NCBI GenBank assembly: GCA_028023455.1
Contig: JAQFVV010000003.1
Span: forward strand, 31,124,001-31,188,000
Reading direction: 5' to 3'
Origin: Epiperipatus broadwayi
Lineage: Eukaryota > Animalia > Onychophora
Length of the DNA: 64,000 bases
Below, one piece after another: positions 1 through 12,860 of the stretch. Each line of letters begins with the position of its first letter. Positions within the stretch are counted from its first letter, which is position 1. Position numbers and translations under genes: made by a program. The notes under the pieces were generated by a model. It worked only from the letters and a program-made list of their open reading frames with translations. It did no database searches and was not told the DNA's origin.

Positions 1-1219
1 TTAGAATTTTAGTAAAATTTTGTTCTTTTGGCTAGTATTGTAGTGTTAGATGTATTTCTACTATATATATGTCGCTTGATATGTAAATATTTATAATGCA
101 CATATTTGTAAATATATATTATTTTTTACAGAATTATAATTTTAACTTTTAGATTAACTGTTACTAAATAATTTAAATTTGGAAAAAAAATTGCATATTT
201 TTAAGTTTATTTAAGAACCTGGAAAAATTATGCAATTGATTGCTTTATTTAAATATACTGTTTCATGATAACAATATATATATATATATTAATTTATGCT
301 GCATTATAAGTATAATGGTATATTTGTAAATAATTACAGGAGAAATTTATAATATTATCTTCATATAGCTTATAAATTATATACTATATTAGTCTTAATT
401 GTAAACAGTATTGTGGAAGTAGTTATGTGACGTAAATTATCTTCATCTTGATAGGCAGTAAATATAGTCTACTTTATTAAATGAATAAAATATTTTTTTT
501 AAAAAAGAATTCTCACAATTTGAGATTAACAAAAAAAAAAAAAAAGATTTTTTTCTTAAATGCTAATCTCATATTAATAATATTTTGACATTTATAAATT
601 CTTAAAACATTACTATTATTGCTTTTATGGATATATTTATTTTAATATTTTTGCAAGATACATATTAGTTTTAAATTGAATCCCATACAGTTTCAGATTC
701 TCAAAAAAATTTTGAATGATTACAATGGTATTGCATGCTTACATAACAGACTTTTAATATCCTTTGTTCCATTAAGTGCACATGTATCTCGTATGGAAGT
801 AAGAACACCTATGCATGTATATCCCTCTTCGAAATGTAAAATGTACTTAAGCAAAGAGCACAACGTATCAATACCACAGGACAAGACACCACATGGTAGG
901 TTAAGAGGCAAAAGCTCACACAATGGTAACTGGCGTTTTTTCAAATGTTTATCTAAACAATAAAATAATTATTAAGAGAAATAATAATTACATTAAAAAT
1001 AACAAACAATTTATTTATAAAATAATAAGTTATCCATTAAAAATAATACTTTATGTAACAGTTTTAAATTATAATAACGGTAAATTATAAATAGTAATAA
1101 TACATAAATTTAAGCAGAAATATTTTCGATATTGCAATCATTATGTAAGCGCAAGTATTTTTTCTTAAATTTCTATATTACTACAGTTTAATATTTATCA
1201 TTATTATAATTTAGAACTA

Positions 1220-2174
1220 CACCTGGGTCTCTTTTTATGTGGACTTATTTAACACAATTTTGAAGTTACGTGATTCGTGTTTCACCAGAAGTCGAACTCC
1301 GATATTGCGCTATTACTTTAAATAATAAATTTTGTGCACTTACGTTATATTAAAAGTAATAGCACATTATTGAAATTCGACTTTCAACTTAGTAATTTCA
1401 ATATTTTCAGTGCATTATAATAGTAAGATTTTATGCAATAATGAAATTAAAATCATGATTTCCACATTTTATGTATACACACATTAAATTTTACAAGATT
1501 ATAATGTAAATTTGTTCAAACATTGTGCGTGTTAATTTTGCATTTTAAATCACATTCTGTTTTTGCTTTTTAAAAAAGAACGTAATCAATTATTAATCGT
1601 TTATTTTTAAAAGTTGAGTAATAGCAGTGGGCACAATTAAAATTGAAAATTACAGACAAAAATAAGAATTTAATTTTTAGTTGTTAGATTAATTACTAAT
1701 TATGTTGTCACCAGAAAACCATTAATTAACACTACATGAGAGTGACATTGGCGCTAGTTGTATTTCATCTTGTGAAGAATCTGATTTTTTTATCAGTTTG
1801 CAAACAAACCTGTTTACTGGCAAATAGCGATAATAATTAAAATGTGTATAAAAAAATATAAATTACTGTAAATTATACATAAAAATATATTGTTTTGAAT
1901 AAAATTAAATATTATAGTTAAAAAAAGTTTGTCTTGTATCAATTTTTTTCAAATTTGAAATTTTTTATTAGTCATATTTTATTTCCTTATTTTTTTTTTT
2001 TTTGCACGAATTTTAAAGTAAATTTTACATTGGTGCTTTACTTTTACGCGAGTTTTGAAAAATCACAGTCTGTATCCCCCTCTTTTTCAAGGTAAGTTAC
2101 GTCTATTTTTGCATGATTTCATTTGCGCGTGTTTTCTGAGGAACCTATCTATCACATAAAATGAGACCCAGGTG
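1220..2174. mobile_element. Non-autonomous Tc1/mariner-type element (MITE-like, ~955 bp)
   Basis: 22-bp TIRs CACCTGGGTCTC(T/A)TTTTATGTG at 1220-1241 and 2153-2174 (1 mismatch), flanked by TA at 1218-1219 and 2175-2176. No transposase ORF inside. Confidence 0.75.
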
Positions 2175-2336
2175 TATTATATATAAATAAAACAAGTGTA
2201 GTTCCTTATTTTTTGTATAATCTATGGTGAGTTTGAACAATCACTGATTATCGAATAATAGTGCATTAAAACTCCCATTTTATAAAAGTTTTGCTTTTGA
2301 ATTATTAATAAATTGAAAGGTCGCTAGTCTTTCACA

Positions 2337-2500
2337 CAGGGCCGGATCCAATAAGTGTGGGTCCCGATTGGATTTTTTTTGCGGGGTCCTCTATATATGA
2401 AATATTTAAATAAAATGCAAATTCAATATTTCGAAAAATAACTTTTTGTTAATTTTGGTGCGGGGTCCGATTGGGCGCAATCGCCTTAAATCTGGGCCTG
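2337..2500. mobile_element. Short hAT-like MITE
   Basis: Imperfect TIRs CAGGGCCGGAT.../...ATCTGGGCCTG; TTTCACA duplicated on both sides (2330-2336, 2501-2507); internal repeat GCGGGGTCC. Confidence 0.65.
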
Positions 2501-2620
2501 TTTCACATGCGCCTACTGTTGTTTCTCAGACAGCTAATCAGATGTTAAACAGCAGTCTTAAGAGCAATCAGGCCTTGATACATGACAGAGATTTTGATAA
2601 GAAAAGGATGAATTATTATA

Positions 2621-2753
2621 AAATGCTGAAAACTTTGAAATTATTCAAACAGAAGTCAATCTCCAATAATGCGCTATGGAAATTTATATTTAAAAAATAG
2701 CACATTATCGGAGATTGACTTCCGTCTGAATAATTTCAAAGTTTTCAGCATTT
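2621..2753. repeat. 57-bp inverted repeat (fold-back) just upstream of a degenerate hammerhead motif
   Basis: Arms 2621-2677 and 2697-2753 are reverse complements with ~4 mismatches and a 19-nt spacer. Confidence 0.85.
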
Positions 2754-2799
2754 GAATTTATCAATGAGACTTGAAATCAAAATAAATAGGAATATATCT

Positions 2800-2842
2800 A
2801 TGCATTTAAGAAAGACTAACCCACCTTGAAAGCGCTAAGCAT
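2800..2842 (+). ncRNA. Degenerate type I hammerhead ribozyme (PLE-type)
   Basis: ATGCA TTTAAGA AAG-ACTAACCCAC-CTT GAAA GCGC TA AGCAT. Stem I ATGC/GCAT, stem II AAG/CTT, palindromic helix III AGCGCT. The CUGANGA core is mutated to TTTAAGA. Confidence 0.5.
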
Positions 2843-4188
2843 TTATTCTTGTACTCTTTAGCTTCTCTTTCAAGTGCTTCATAAGTTTTTAATTTTATGT
2901 ATTTTATTATTCAACCTAAAAGACTAAAATACAAAACATGCTAACATTTGGAATCCAAACTAATTTGCTCAAACAGATATATGGATCTCACACTGGGTCA
3001 TTAACAATATATTTTAATAATATCAAATTTTATTATAACTGTAAACATCATTTTTCTTTACCATAAATGTTTATAATGACAAATCTGTTGATTTCTTTAC
3101 TCACACAATATATGACAACTTAAGAATAATTCCTACTCTCCTTCTCTTTTGGTATCTATAAAAAACTTTAATAATTATGAATACTATATTTTTGGCTTTT
3201 TTCTTTGTCAATGATGACATTGAATTTAAAGCTGGTGATCAGTCAAACAAACAACTTTCAATCCATTTTATTATTCAAATTTAAATCTGAAATATAAAAC
3301 GTTCTAAAGTATTGAACTCAATCCAAATTGCTTGAATGATTAAATATATCTGGGCCAGTTTTTTTAATTGTAGGCACCTTTAATCCTTGGCCAAAAATGT
3401 TAATAACATCACTTAATTTTTTAGATATGTAATAAGAACAAAATCAGTTCCATATTTTTTTAAACATAAGCAGGTGTTTTATCAATTATAATAATATTGC
3501 AGAAAACAATAATTTTTGACAAGATACTTGTTTTGACAAAACAACAGCTTCTCAACTGGGTTAATATTTTAATCACCTTCTCAACACAATAAATATAACT
3601 CACAGTATTAAACTTAAAAGCTATAAATGTATATTATAATCAAATTATTGTGCAGAATATTACGTTTATAAAGCAATTCACAAAAATAAGATAAAAAGGC
3701 ATAAGCATAAGAGGTGGGGGTCATATGATGTTCATTGGCTTAAAAATAAGATATTAAAATCATATTACATACGTTTAAATAATTTCAGTCTTAATTTGAC
3801 ATATATAATACTTTCATTATTACTCCACATATTGTGGAAAGGACCTAAGATATGGATGTCTGTAGTAACTGTATAAATTTTCATTTAGAGCTTATATCAG
3901 ACTTTGAGACGACTTGCAATAGATCAATAATAATTAAAAAAAGATTTTCAATCATTCAACCAGTTTATTAACGAAACATCCAAATTAATTTGATATCCAT
4001 TTCCGCACAAGAAAGTTATTTATTTAAAAGAAGATAAGTATAATTAATTAGTTTTGATTAAATAGAAAAGTTATTAAACAAGGCAAAACTCTTCATATAG
4101 TAGTGCCATCTTGTGCCAACCAGAGTAATCAATGGATGCCAGAAGGCTTGTGCATAAAATCCCTATCTAGTGCCTACTCATCCAATAT

Positions 4189-4230
4189 CTCCAGACTAGT
4201 TTCTGGCTTGTGGCCTTCGTCAGTGAGGAG
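4189..4230 (-). ncRNA. Minimal type I hammerhead ribozyme (F1), catalytic core intact
   Basis: Minus strand CTCCTCA CTGACGA A GGC-CACAA-GCC A GAAA CTAG TC TGGAG: CUGACGA and GAAA cores, palindromic helix III ACTAGT, GUC cleavage triplet. Stem I is imperfect in this copy. Confidence 0.75.
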
Positions 4231-4703
4231 CCTTGGATTTAAGAGCACTGCACCTAGATCCTCCTGCAGCTGCCTTTTATCTCTACTTAACTACAAAACT
4301 ATGAGAATGAAATTAAAAACACAACAATAATATTTTCAATCTAAGCTCAATAGCTTATATTGGCACAGGGTGACACTACTGTATGGAGAGTTTTGCCTTG
4401 TTTAATAACAATTATGTGCTAATGTAAGAGATGGTGATCGTGTGATGTTTAGTGGTTTAACACCAATCCTGCTTAATAGGATAGTGGCGGCTATGGTTGT
4501 TAAAGAGCCAAAGACACCAAAATGTGTGAGTGCTAAACTGAGTTCAGACCCATATGACTATATAAGCTATTGAGCTTAGATTGAAAATATTGTGTTTTCA
4601 ATTTCATTCTCATAGTTTTTATAGTTCAGTAGAGATAAAAGGTGATTGCTGGAGGGTTGCATTAGATCCTATGATCTATGTGCAATGCTCTCAGATCCAA
4701 GGC

Positions 4704-4745
4704 TCCTCACTGATAAAGGCCACAAGCCAGAAACTAGTCTGGAGA
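4704..4745 (+). ncRNA. F1 hammerhead, core decayed
   Basis: TCCTCA CTGATAA AGGCCACAAGCCA GAAA CTAG TC TGGAGA; CTGACGA has become CTGATAA at the CpG. Confidence 0.65.
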
Positions 4746-6549
4746 TATTGGTGAGTAGGCACTAGATAGGGTTTTTATGCACAAGCCTTCTGGCATCCAT
4801 TGATTACTCTGGTTGGCACAGGATGGCACTACTGTATGGAGAGTTTGCTAGTATAAGAGATGGTGATCATGTGATGTTTAGATGCTTTAAATAAAAAAGT
4901 TTTGAACATAAAATAAAAAATAAAATATGATATTAAAGTTCCAAAAAATGGAAAAATATAACATAAGTATTAAAAACAAATTATTTTAGAAATGCATACC
5001 ATATAATACTAAATTGTCCAAGCACTTTACTACTGTTACACAATGCTTTATTTACCACTCTTTCTTACAGTTTACAGTTTCGATTGCCCCAGCAATCTTC
5101 TTCAGAACTTTATATCTCCTAACCTCAACAGTTATTTTTGAAAATATTGATAAAGTATTCAAATAAAATGTACAACAAAAAAAATGTTTAAAAATTTATT
5201 CGTTTTTATGCATTTATTCTTTAAATATTCTCAAATATTAATGAACAATCAGGATTTATTGTTTTCCTGAAGGTTTGTAATGATAGTGTTCTAGCTGTAT
5301 TTTTATATTGGACTATTTCATCATCTAATATGTGTGTTGAATGTCTTTAGAAAAGTTTAATTTTATTTAAATATTCCAAATACCTTCAACTGTTAGTCCA
5401 ATATCAAAATACAATCAGGATTTATATATATATTAAATTAATAGCTCATTTTAATAGAGCACATTACTATTTGTTCTAGTAACCTGCAGAGAGGATCTTT
5501 CAATATAACTTTACCCAGTGTAACCTTCATATAGTTACATAGACTATAGATAATGTTAGTGATGATTGAGCATAAAAATGGGTTATATTTCCCTATCACC
5601 CCTTCAAAATCAGCACTAGAGGTTTAAAATATGCTTTAGAACTTAGAAGTAAATTGTTTTAATTAAAATAATGAGAAAGGCATACCTTTACAACCTTTAT
5701 AGGGATGCCCCTTTTCATGTGAAAAGAAAAATGCTGAATGGACCAATCTCAAATATCTTCATTTTCTAAGTGTTAGTGTAGCATTTGAAATGAAAGCTAT
5801 AATACGAAATGACACTGACAACTTGAATTTTATAAACTAATAATTTATTTATAAGATAATCCTAACTCACACACAAAAAGTAAAAAAATATTTCAGAATA
5901 AATTCATAAAATTAACAAGCATATAAAGAAAATTAACGAAATTTATGAATATAAAAGAAATAAAACACAGTAAAATAGAATACACTGACTTATTAAAGCC
6001 TTTCCTTTTTTTTTCTAATGTTCTATAAAGAAATGCCTTATTATGGTTAACATCATCATTTTCAATCGTTATCAATACACTGAAAGATGAAGGTCTCTCT
6101 AAGTTCAACCATCTTCTTTAATCTCTAGCCTCTCTTTTCCACATCACCCCAGCACAATTCATTATTTCATCCATCCATCTCACACATGGTCATTTTATAG
6201 GTCTTTTAAAATCTTTTGGAATCCAGTTTAAGATTTCAATTATTCATTAATTATCCATCTTTTCTAGTATTATGTCCAGCCAACTCTACTTCAGTTCTTT
6301 AATTCTTTCAAAGATATCAGCAACACTTGTTTGTTCTCTCACCATGTATTTTGATCTCTTCTTATTACTTCTAACTTACATCTCTCCATGTTTTGTTGAG
6401 AACCTAGCCAGCCTTACTAGCTCATTTACTTACAATTTTACACCATTAACTTTAGATCTACTTACACAGAGTGATATAGATTTACAAACAGTGCAATCCA
6501 CAATTAATTTAGTGAGTTAAATTCACTACTATAGACTTCATGTGCTGAA

Positions 6550-6950
6550 ACACAAATCAGCTTAATGAGACATCCATATATGGTATTATTTCAAATCATT
6601 AAAAGAAGACCTACTGAACATAAACATCTATATTATTAAAAAGGAAATGGTCTGAAGTCTTTATATTGCTCTTCTGTTAAGTAACCAAGTCTCAGATTTC
6701 TAAGTAAGAACTGGTAACATGCATATATTAAAAATCTTCCTTTTCAAACACATAGGCATATTTCCTTTTAATATTAAGTTACTTCTCCCAAAAGCTATTC
6801 AACCAAGTTTAATTCTATGATTAATTTCATCTATCATGTTTCCATATGTAGTAATAATCTACTCAAACTATTTGTAATTGTTAATTTCTTCCAACTCATC
6901 TTTATCAATCTTAATTTTTTTATTTTGAAAAATTCCACTGATCATTACTA
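6550..6950 (-). mobile_element. Decayed RTE-clade LINE, RT C-terminal fragment
   Basis: Minus-strand stop-interrupted translation EEINNYK*FE*IITTYGNMIDEINHR...IKLG*IAFG resembles the RTE motif LE.V..F.YLG..I...G....EI..RI..GW.AF. Confidence 0.55.
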
Positions 6951-6994
6951 TAATGGTCAGGGCTGAAACTAGACTCTTACATTTATATTCTGCC

Positions 6995-8390
6995 ACCAGG
7001 GCACCATCAGGCCAATTGAACCTGAAAATTTATATAGGCTGGCAGATACTTAAGTAAGATCCAAAATTTTAAATAAATATGACTGAAATGCCCCAGTCAC
7101 TAACTCGTGGAGCAGCAGAGATAATATATATTTTATTTTAAAGAAAGAAAATAAAAAATAAGAATAAGCCACTGCCAGATTAACAACACACAGAAACATT
7201 TATTTTGCACATATATAAAATTCAGAATTATTTATTTTAGTATAATGTTTACTTTAGGATTTAATTTAATTTACATGTTAATTTTTTATTTTAGAAGTTC
7301 GCACAGATGGATTAATTAATATTTTATTAGAGTGTCAAATATGCATAGACTACATAGATTGCACTCAAAAAAAATTCTATATCCCTTATTTAATCCTAGG
7401 TCAAAAGTTTGCAATCAAACCAACACCAATCTATCTGATATATCAATGTATTTAATGCAACATGAATATGACAGCACAATACCGTACTGTCAGAAATGTT
7501 CATCTGAACAGCATGGTTATTTAGAAGAAATGTCCCTCATCCAGTACAGAAATACTTAGTTTGTCTGGTGAGAAGAACAATAAAAAAAACTCCATAGGAA
7601 AGAATTGTGGTCCTTTTTGCCGACTTACTATCCCATTCCATAGGCTAAAGGGGTGATCCAAAGAGCAGAGAATACCATCTGCCTCTAATGGTCAATAAGA
7701 AATGGGACTATTTTGCCCAAGTGTGGCATATAATGTGATTCTGCACATAATGGATCTTCATACTACATTTACTAATTACACCAATACATCCAACCCATTA
7801 ACCCAATTTAACTGTGAAACAAACAATTTGAGATTAACCCTCCCTTAAACTAACATAACTTTATGAATCTATGCAGCCATCCACTTCCAATTTAATTTTA
7901 ACATAATTTAAAAGTTTTAGCTTAATAAAAAAAAATCATAATAAACACTCAAAAAGACAAAAATAAATAAATTAATGGGAATGATTTTAAAATACATATA
8001 ATAAAAAATAATTATTAATAAATGACTTAGTTTGGTCAGATAGGGATTTATATTTCTATTTAAATATTGGGAGAAGTTTTATATTTAAAGTTCATGAGTT
8101 ATTTAGAGTTCTTACGATTTAAAAGTCCATGCTTTATAATTTTTTATGATTCGGATCCCGTGTTGTTTCTAATTCCCATGTCATCCTGGGGAGACTGGTG
8201 TTCTGTTAGCCATTCTGTTGGTATTCATCCAGAGGTCCTTTTCTCTAGCTGGTATAGTTCTTTGCAGGACCCTGATGTTCTGGGGTCCTCAATATAGGAA
8301 AATGACACTTCATTTCTTTCTTTTGAAAAAACTTAAGGGATTGAAAGTGCATCTTTTCAATCCCTTCTCCTTCAACTCTCTCAGAACTCA
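6995..8390. repeat. Copy A of a diverged ~1.4-1.6 kb segment (paralogue of 33413-35010), function unknown
   Basis: Collinear shared blocks: ACCAGGGCACCA(T/C)CAGGCCA..TGAACCTG, GCACAGATGGA, TAAACTAACA, ATGCAGCCAT, GGAGAC, CAG(G)AACTCAAAA. Minus-strand acceptor at 7812-7814 and AATAAA at 7199-7204. Confidence 0.65.
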
Positions 8391-9249
8391 AAAAAATAAA
8401 TTGCAAACTGAAAAACTGACTTTTATTTTAAATATTTTTATTTTTATATCAAACCTCCAGATTAACTGAACATGATGTCATGATGATGATTCTTTCACTG
8501 AGATCCGTTTCCTGAGGGATTTTATTGGTTATTCTGTTCTTATTGTTTTTATCTCCTATCTGACTTTTAATTATAAATTTTGAGATGCCCAAGGGTTAGT
8601 TTACTTAGACTAATTAAAAATAATAATTTCCACTTTTAGCCTTTTACACAATAGAAGTAATTAAATTTTGTACATTCTTAAAGATATATTTTTATCTTTA
8701 AATCTTTTAAGTTTTTTTTCTTTCTTTTGACTTTGATTTACTTTTAAAGTATTTTTTGATTTTAAACTTATACTCATTATAAATTTTGACATGCCTTTCA
8801 ATGCTCAAAAAGGCATGCATAATTGTTCACCTGGGACAAACTATGGACCAATTTAGAATTTTACTGAAGCATTGATCCAACAACTTAGAGTCTCGGACGC
8901 TACACGTGGTTTCTCAAGTTACATCATGTATTTATTCACTTCTCATTTAGCTATGGACATTGCTTGGTATTCATGTAATCATCATTGTATAAAGTTGTAT
9001 CAATTGTTTAAATAAATCGTTTTTTTTTTAAAAAAGTATTTTTTATTCAATATTTATTTTACCTTACTTTTCCTTTTTTTCCCTTTTTTAGAGTTCTAAT
9101 AGATTTCCATCTGTGCGATTTTATATATATATACGTGTTTAGATGACTTTTGATTTTAAATTTTTAATTTTTAAAAACAAATTTTTATTTGCAAACTTTT
9201 TATTTTTAATTTCTAATTTTATTTATTAGCATAATATTATGTGTGCCCG

Positions 9250-11300
9250 TTACAATTACTTTAGACTTTTTAACATTTATCTTTAATCTTACTTGCTCAC
9301 TTTCATTTGATAACTCTGGCATCATTTCCTGAAACTCAAAGCATTATTTACAAAAACATTTACATCATCTGTAAAATCTAGATGACTTAAATAATCTCCA
9401 TTTGCTTTTATTCATTTAGCTTCTCATTTTAATCCAGGAAATATTTTTGGCAAAACTGTTTTTGAGATATGAATTCATCCTGTCATACATCCTTCTTAAT
9501 GTTAATGTTTTTAGTATCGTTATGTAATCTAATTGTTGCTATCGCATTTTTATAAATGTTCTTCAAAATATGACAATATACTGGGTTTATACCTTGATGA
9601 TCCAATGCTTTAATGACTGAAATAATGCGTATAGAATCAAATGCCTTTTCATAATGGACAAATTCAAAGCATAATGGGAACTCATATTCATTGATCCTTT
9701 TTATCACTGGTCTCAATACTTGGATATCATCCACTGAACTAAAACTACTTTTAAATCCAGCTTGTTTTTATTTTTGGTTGGTTAAAATCCAAAGTTCGCT
9801 GTAGACGAGTTGTAATTATTTTGTAAAAAATTTGTATAGAATTGATACAAAGACTGATAGATCTGTAATTTCTAATATCTTCTTTATCATATTTTTAAAA
9901 TATTAATATTAATGCTGCATTCTTCGAAGCTTTATCATTTAAACATTTAATATTTAAATTTTTCAAAATTCTTCCTATTTCTTCATCTGCTGTCTTTAAA
10001 ATATCGATAATAATTTCATCATTACCCGAAGCTTTTGCCTTTTTCATGAATTTAATTGTATGTCTCACCTTCTTATTTAAAATTCTGGGCAATTCAGAAG
10101 ATATAGTAGTTGTAGGAGATATTTTTCCTGATTCTTTATTGCTATAGTTCTTGATAGAACTCTTCTACATATTTCTTAAAGTTATATCTTTTTTTAGTAA
10201 TAATTCCAATTTATTTTATTGCAGAATAAGTTTCTTACCAATACCAAAATGTTGTTTTACACTCTTTTATTCTCTTCTATAGCTTTTCTAGTTAGTTTAC
10301 AGTTCTACTTTCTTATATCTCAACTCTATTTTGTATCATTTTACAAAATTCAAAATACTCACTCTTTCTTAATACATAATTTTTATATATTTTCACATTT
10401 CTTCTTTTCTTCATAAATTGTCTCAGTAGAAATTTTACTAATCAAGTGCTGCTTTTTGCACAAGGTATCTGTTGCAGTTTTTAAAAAAGTATCAGTTATC
10501 TTCCTATTGATTTCGTTCAAATTTAAATCATTTTCAAAATCTGTTAATATTTGAAAACGATTTGCAAGTTCTTATTGGAAAGTTTCTGAAGATTAGGAAT
10601 ATCAACTAAGTAATGGTTTTTAAAATAATTTTTGTGTTAATAGTTTTGCATTAACAAGTATTTTGCATCTCACTAATCGATGATCACTTCCTGTGTTAAA
10701 TTTATAAAAACATTACAATCTTGAAACATATATTTTCTGTTAGCTAAAATATTCAATTCTGCTGTATCTTCATTTGGATGCTTCCATGTCTACTTCCATT
10801 TAACATTTCTCTCTAAAAAAAGAATTCATAATATAAAGTTTTTTTTCTTTCTGAAACTTCATAAGTCTATGATCTCTCTCATTTTTCCCATGATAATTTT
10901 AAAATGTTTTGTTTGATCAAAAGCCCTGTGTACATCCATATAAAAATTCTCTACTTCATCAGCACAATGAGAACTTATTGGGGCATAAACTTGAATTCCC
11001 TGCATTTGGTACGTGCTATTAACTTGAATAACGAATTTTGCTACTCTATCTTACCTTACTTGTACTTCCAATGTTTGTGTCTTTGTAGTACAGTACATGC
11101 CCACTTTTTAAATCAATTGTCTCATTACCTTTTCTCCTAACTTCACATAGTCCAATAATGTCCCATTTAATATAAGACAATTTCTCCAATTCTTGCAATT
11201 TTTCTTCACTTGAAAGTGATTGGTAGTTATAAGTACCTAAATAAAATATCACCAAATGGCAGCCTAGGTCTACAACCAGGATATTTTTAGCATCCTCTGC
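9250..11300 (-). mobile_element. Decayed RTE-clade LINE (APE endonuclease + RT remnants)
   Basis: ORF 11046-11255 LGTYNYQSL...KWDIIGLCEVRRKG is an APE N-terminus. ORFs 9895-10092 (KAKASGNDEIIIDILK) and 9483-9734 (IKRINEYEFPLCFEFVHYEKAFDSI...GINPVYCHILKNIY) are RT subdomains. Many stops and frameshifts. Confidence 0.85.
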
Positions 11301-11699
11301 TTTGGGACACCAACTGTTGCCTTGGATGATGACTTTACAACCTCCTGGAAATAAGGGCCATGATTTATTTTTACTGTCATGATTGTAAATACTTATTAGA
11401 AAAAAATATCATTCACACCCTCCTTCATTCTGTCTTCAAATAATGTCAACTGATTTCAGTTAAGAGCTATCAGGCAACTGAGAAGAAAGATCATGATGCT
11501 TTTAAACTCAGAGTTAAAAAACCAATGAACTCACTATGCTCACTGATGATCATTGGTGGCAGTGGACATTAATTTGCTCTGCTCAGTTTCTTTAAGGCCT
11601 CCAAGAGGAATTAAAGGGTCTCCTTTCAATTAACAGCAAATTCCTTTGATTTATATTCAATATACTCATAAACTGTCATTACTTATATTGCAGTATGAA

Positions 11700-12860
11700 C
11701 ATATCTAGTGGTATTTATTACTTTCCATTTTATATAACTATTTAGCTGGAAAATTATTCTTTTCAGCATTGTTGCCTTAAGTATTCAGTTGTAAACAATG
11801 ACAGGGACACACATTCTTCATAGGTATAGATGAGTTTCAATTTATCTAGGTGTGACATTTATAGATCCAGTTCAAGGCTGTCATAAGAGATATCTACATA
11901 TTTATGGCAGATTTGTATATATTTAAATTAATCAGCAATGCATTTTCTATGGTTTTTTTATGAAATAGCTGGCTGTAAATAAAGAGTTTTTATTTTTTGG
12001 TCCAGATTATATTTGCTAATAGTTCACTCTTTGTGTTCAATCCTTTTTAATTGTCTCACTTTTTTTACTGACAATTGCTCAACTGATTATTTTTTATTAC
12101 CCAGTCCAATGGTAAATAATGTGAACTCTTCTTTCTTTTAATCTTTTTAAGAATTTTTCTGCATTTTTTTAACATTTTTGATTTTAATTAAAAATACATA
12201 ATAAATTACTGATTTTTTTTTCTTATCTTCTAATTACTATTACATACCAGATTTGTAGATTTATTTTTTATCTATAAATCTAATCAAGTTTTGTTTTTCA
12301 AAACATAGAAATATAGCTTCAATTATTTAAGTTTTTTGATTAAAATACCATTACATGGATTAAATTCTTTTATTAATATTTATTTTAATAAATTTTATTT
12401 GTCATAATTTTATTTATTAATCCAAGCACTTTTATATATCTAACATACATAAATGCACCATCTCAGCAAACTCTATGAATCAGTGCATTCATCTTATTAT
12501 TTCATTGTTGTTGTTTTTTTGTTCATAACAATTTTAAATAACTCACTAAAGTTTATTAATTCATCAGAGTACTGCTTAACAACCACTTTTCTAGGCTTCT
12601 ATTTTCAGCATTACACTATAATGTTTGTGCAGTAATTTATTACAGCAGAAACTAGATATCTCTGAACTATACAGTTCTTCTGAAAGAATCACTTTAATAA
12701 ATATTATTCACTATAAATTAAATATCTCCAATTTTACTGATTTATGTTCATTCACAAATGGGTGCATCATACATTCAACATAATCTCTTCTTCTTTGCAT
12801 TCTCTATATATTTTATTCAAAACTTCAAAGTGTTCCCAAAAGCCTTAAGTTTTCAAACCT
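11700..12860 (-). mobile_element. Heavily decayed second LINE RT remnant
   Basis: Scattered minus-strand peptide fragments such as KVLNKIYRECKEEEIML (RT N-terminal-like); no ORF of 60 aa or more. Confidence 0.35.

Larger units (their letters stand above)
4070..4881. mobile_element. Hammerhead-bearing non-coding retroelement, family F1: inverted copy plus a ~453-nt unit with terminal direct repeat
   Basis: 4070-4359 is the reverse complement of ~4561-4845. 4360-4451 is directly repeated at 4813-4881 (period 453). Putative TSD TTAAATA(G/A)AAAAGTT at 4058-4072 and 4887-4901. Homologous copies at 28195, 30757 and 56349. Confidence 0.85.

Noticed and set aside
11400-11620. Possible HDV-like ribozyme in the 5' UTR of the RTE element
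   Set aside because: The nested pseudoknot could not be assembled by eye; it needs a descriptor search.
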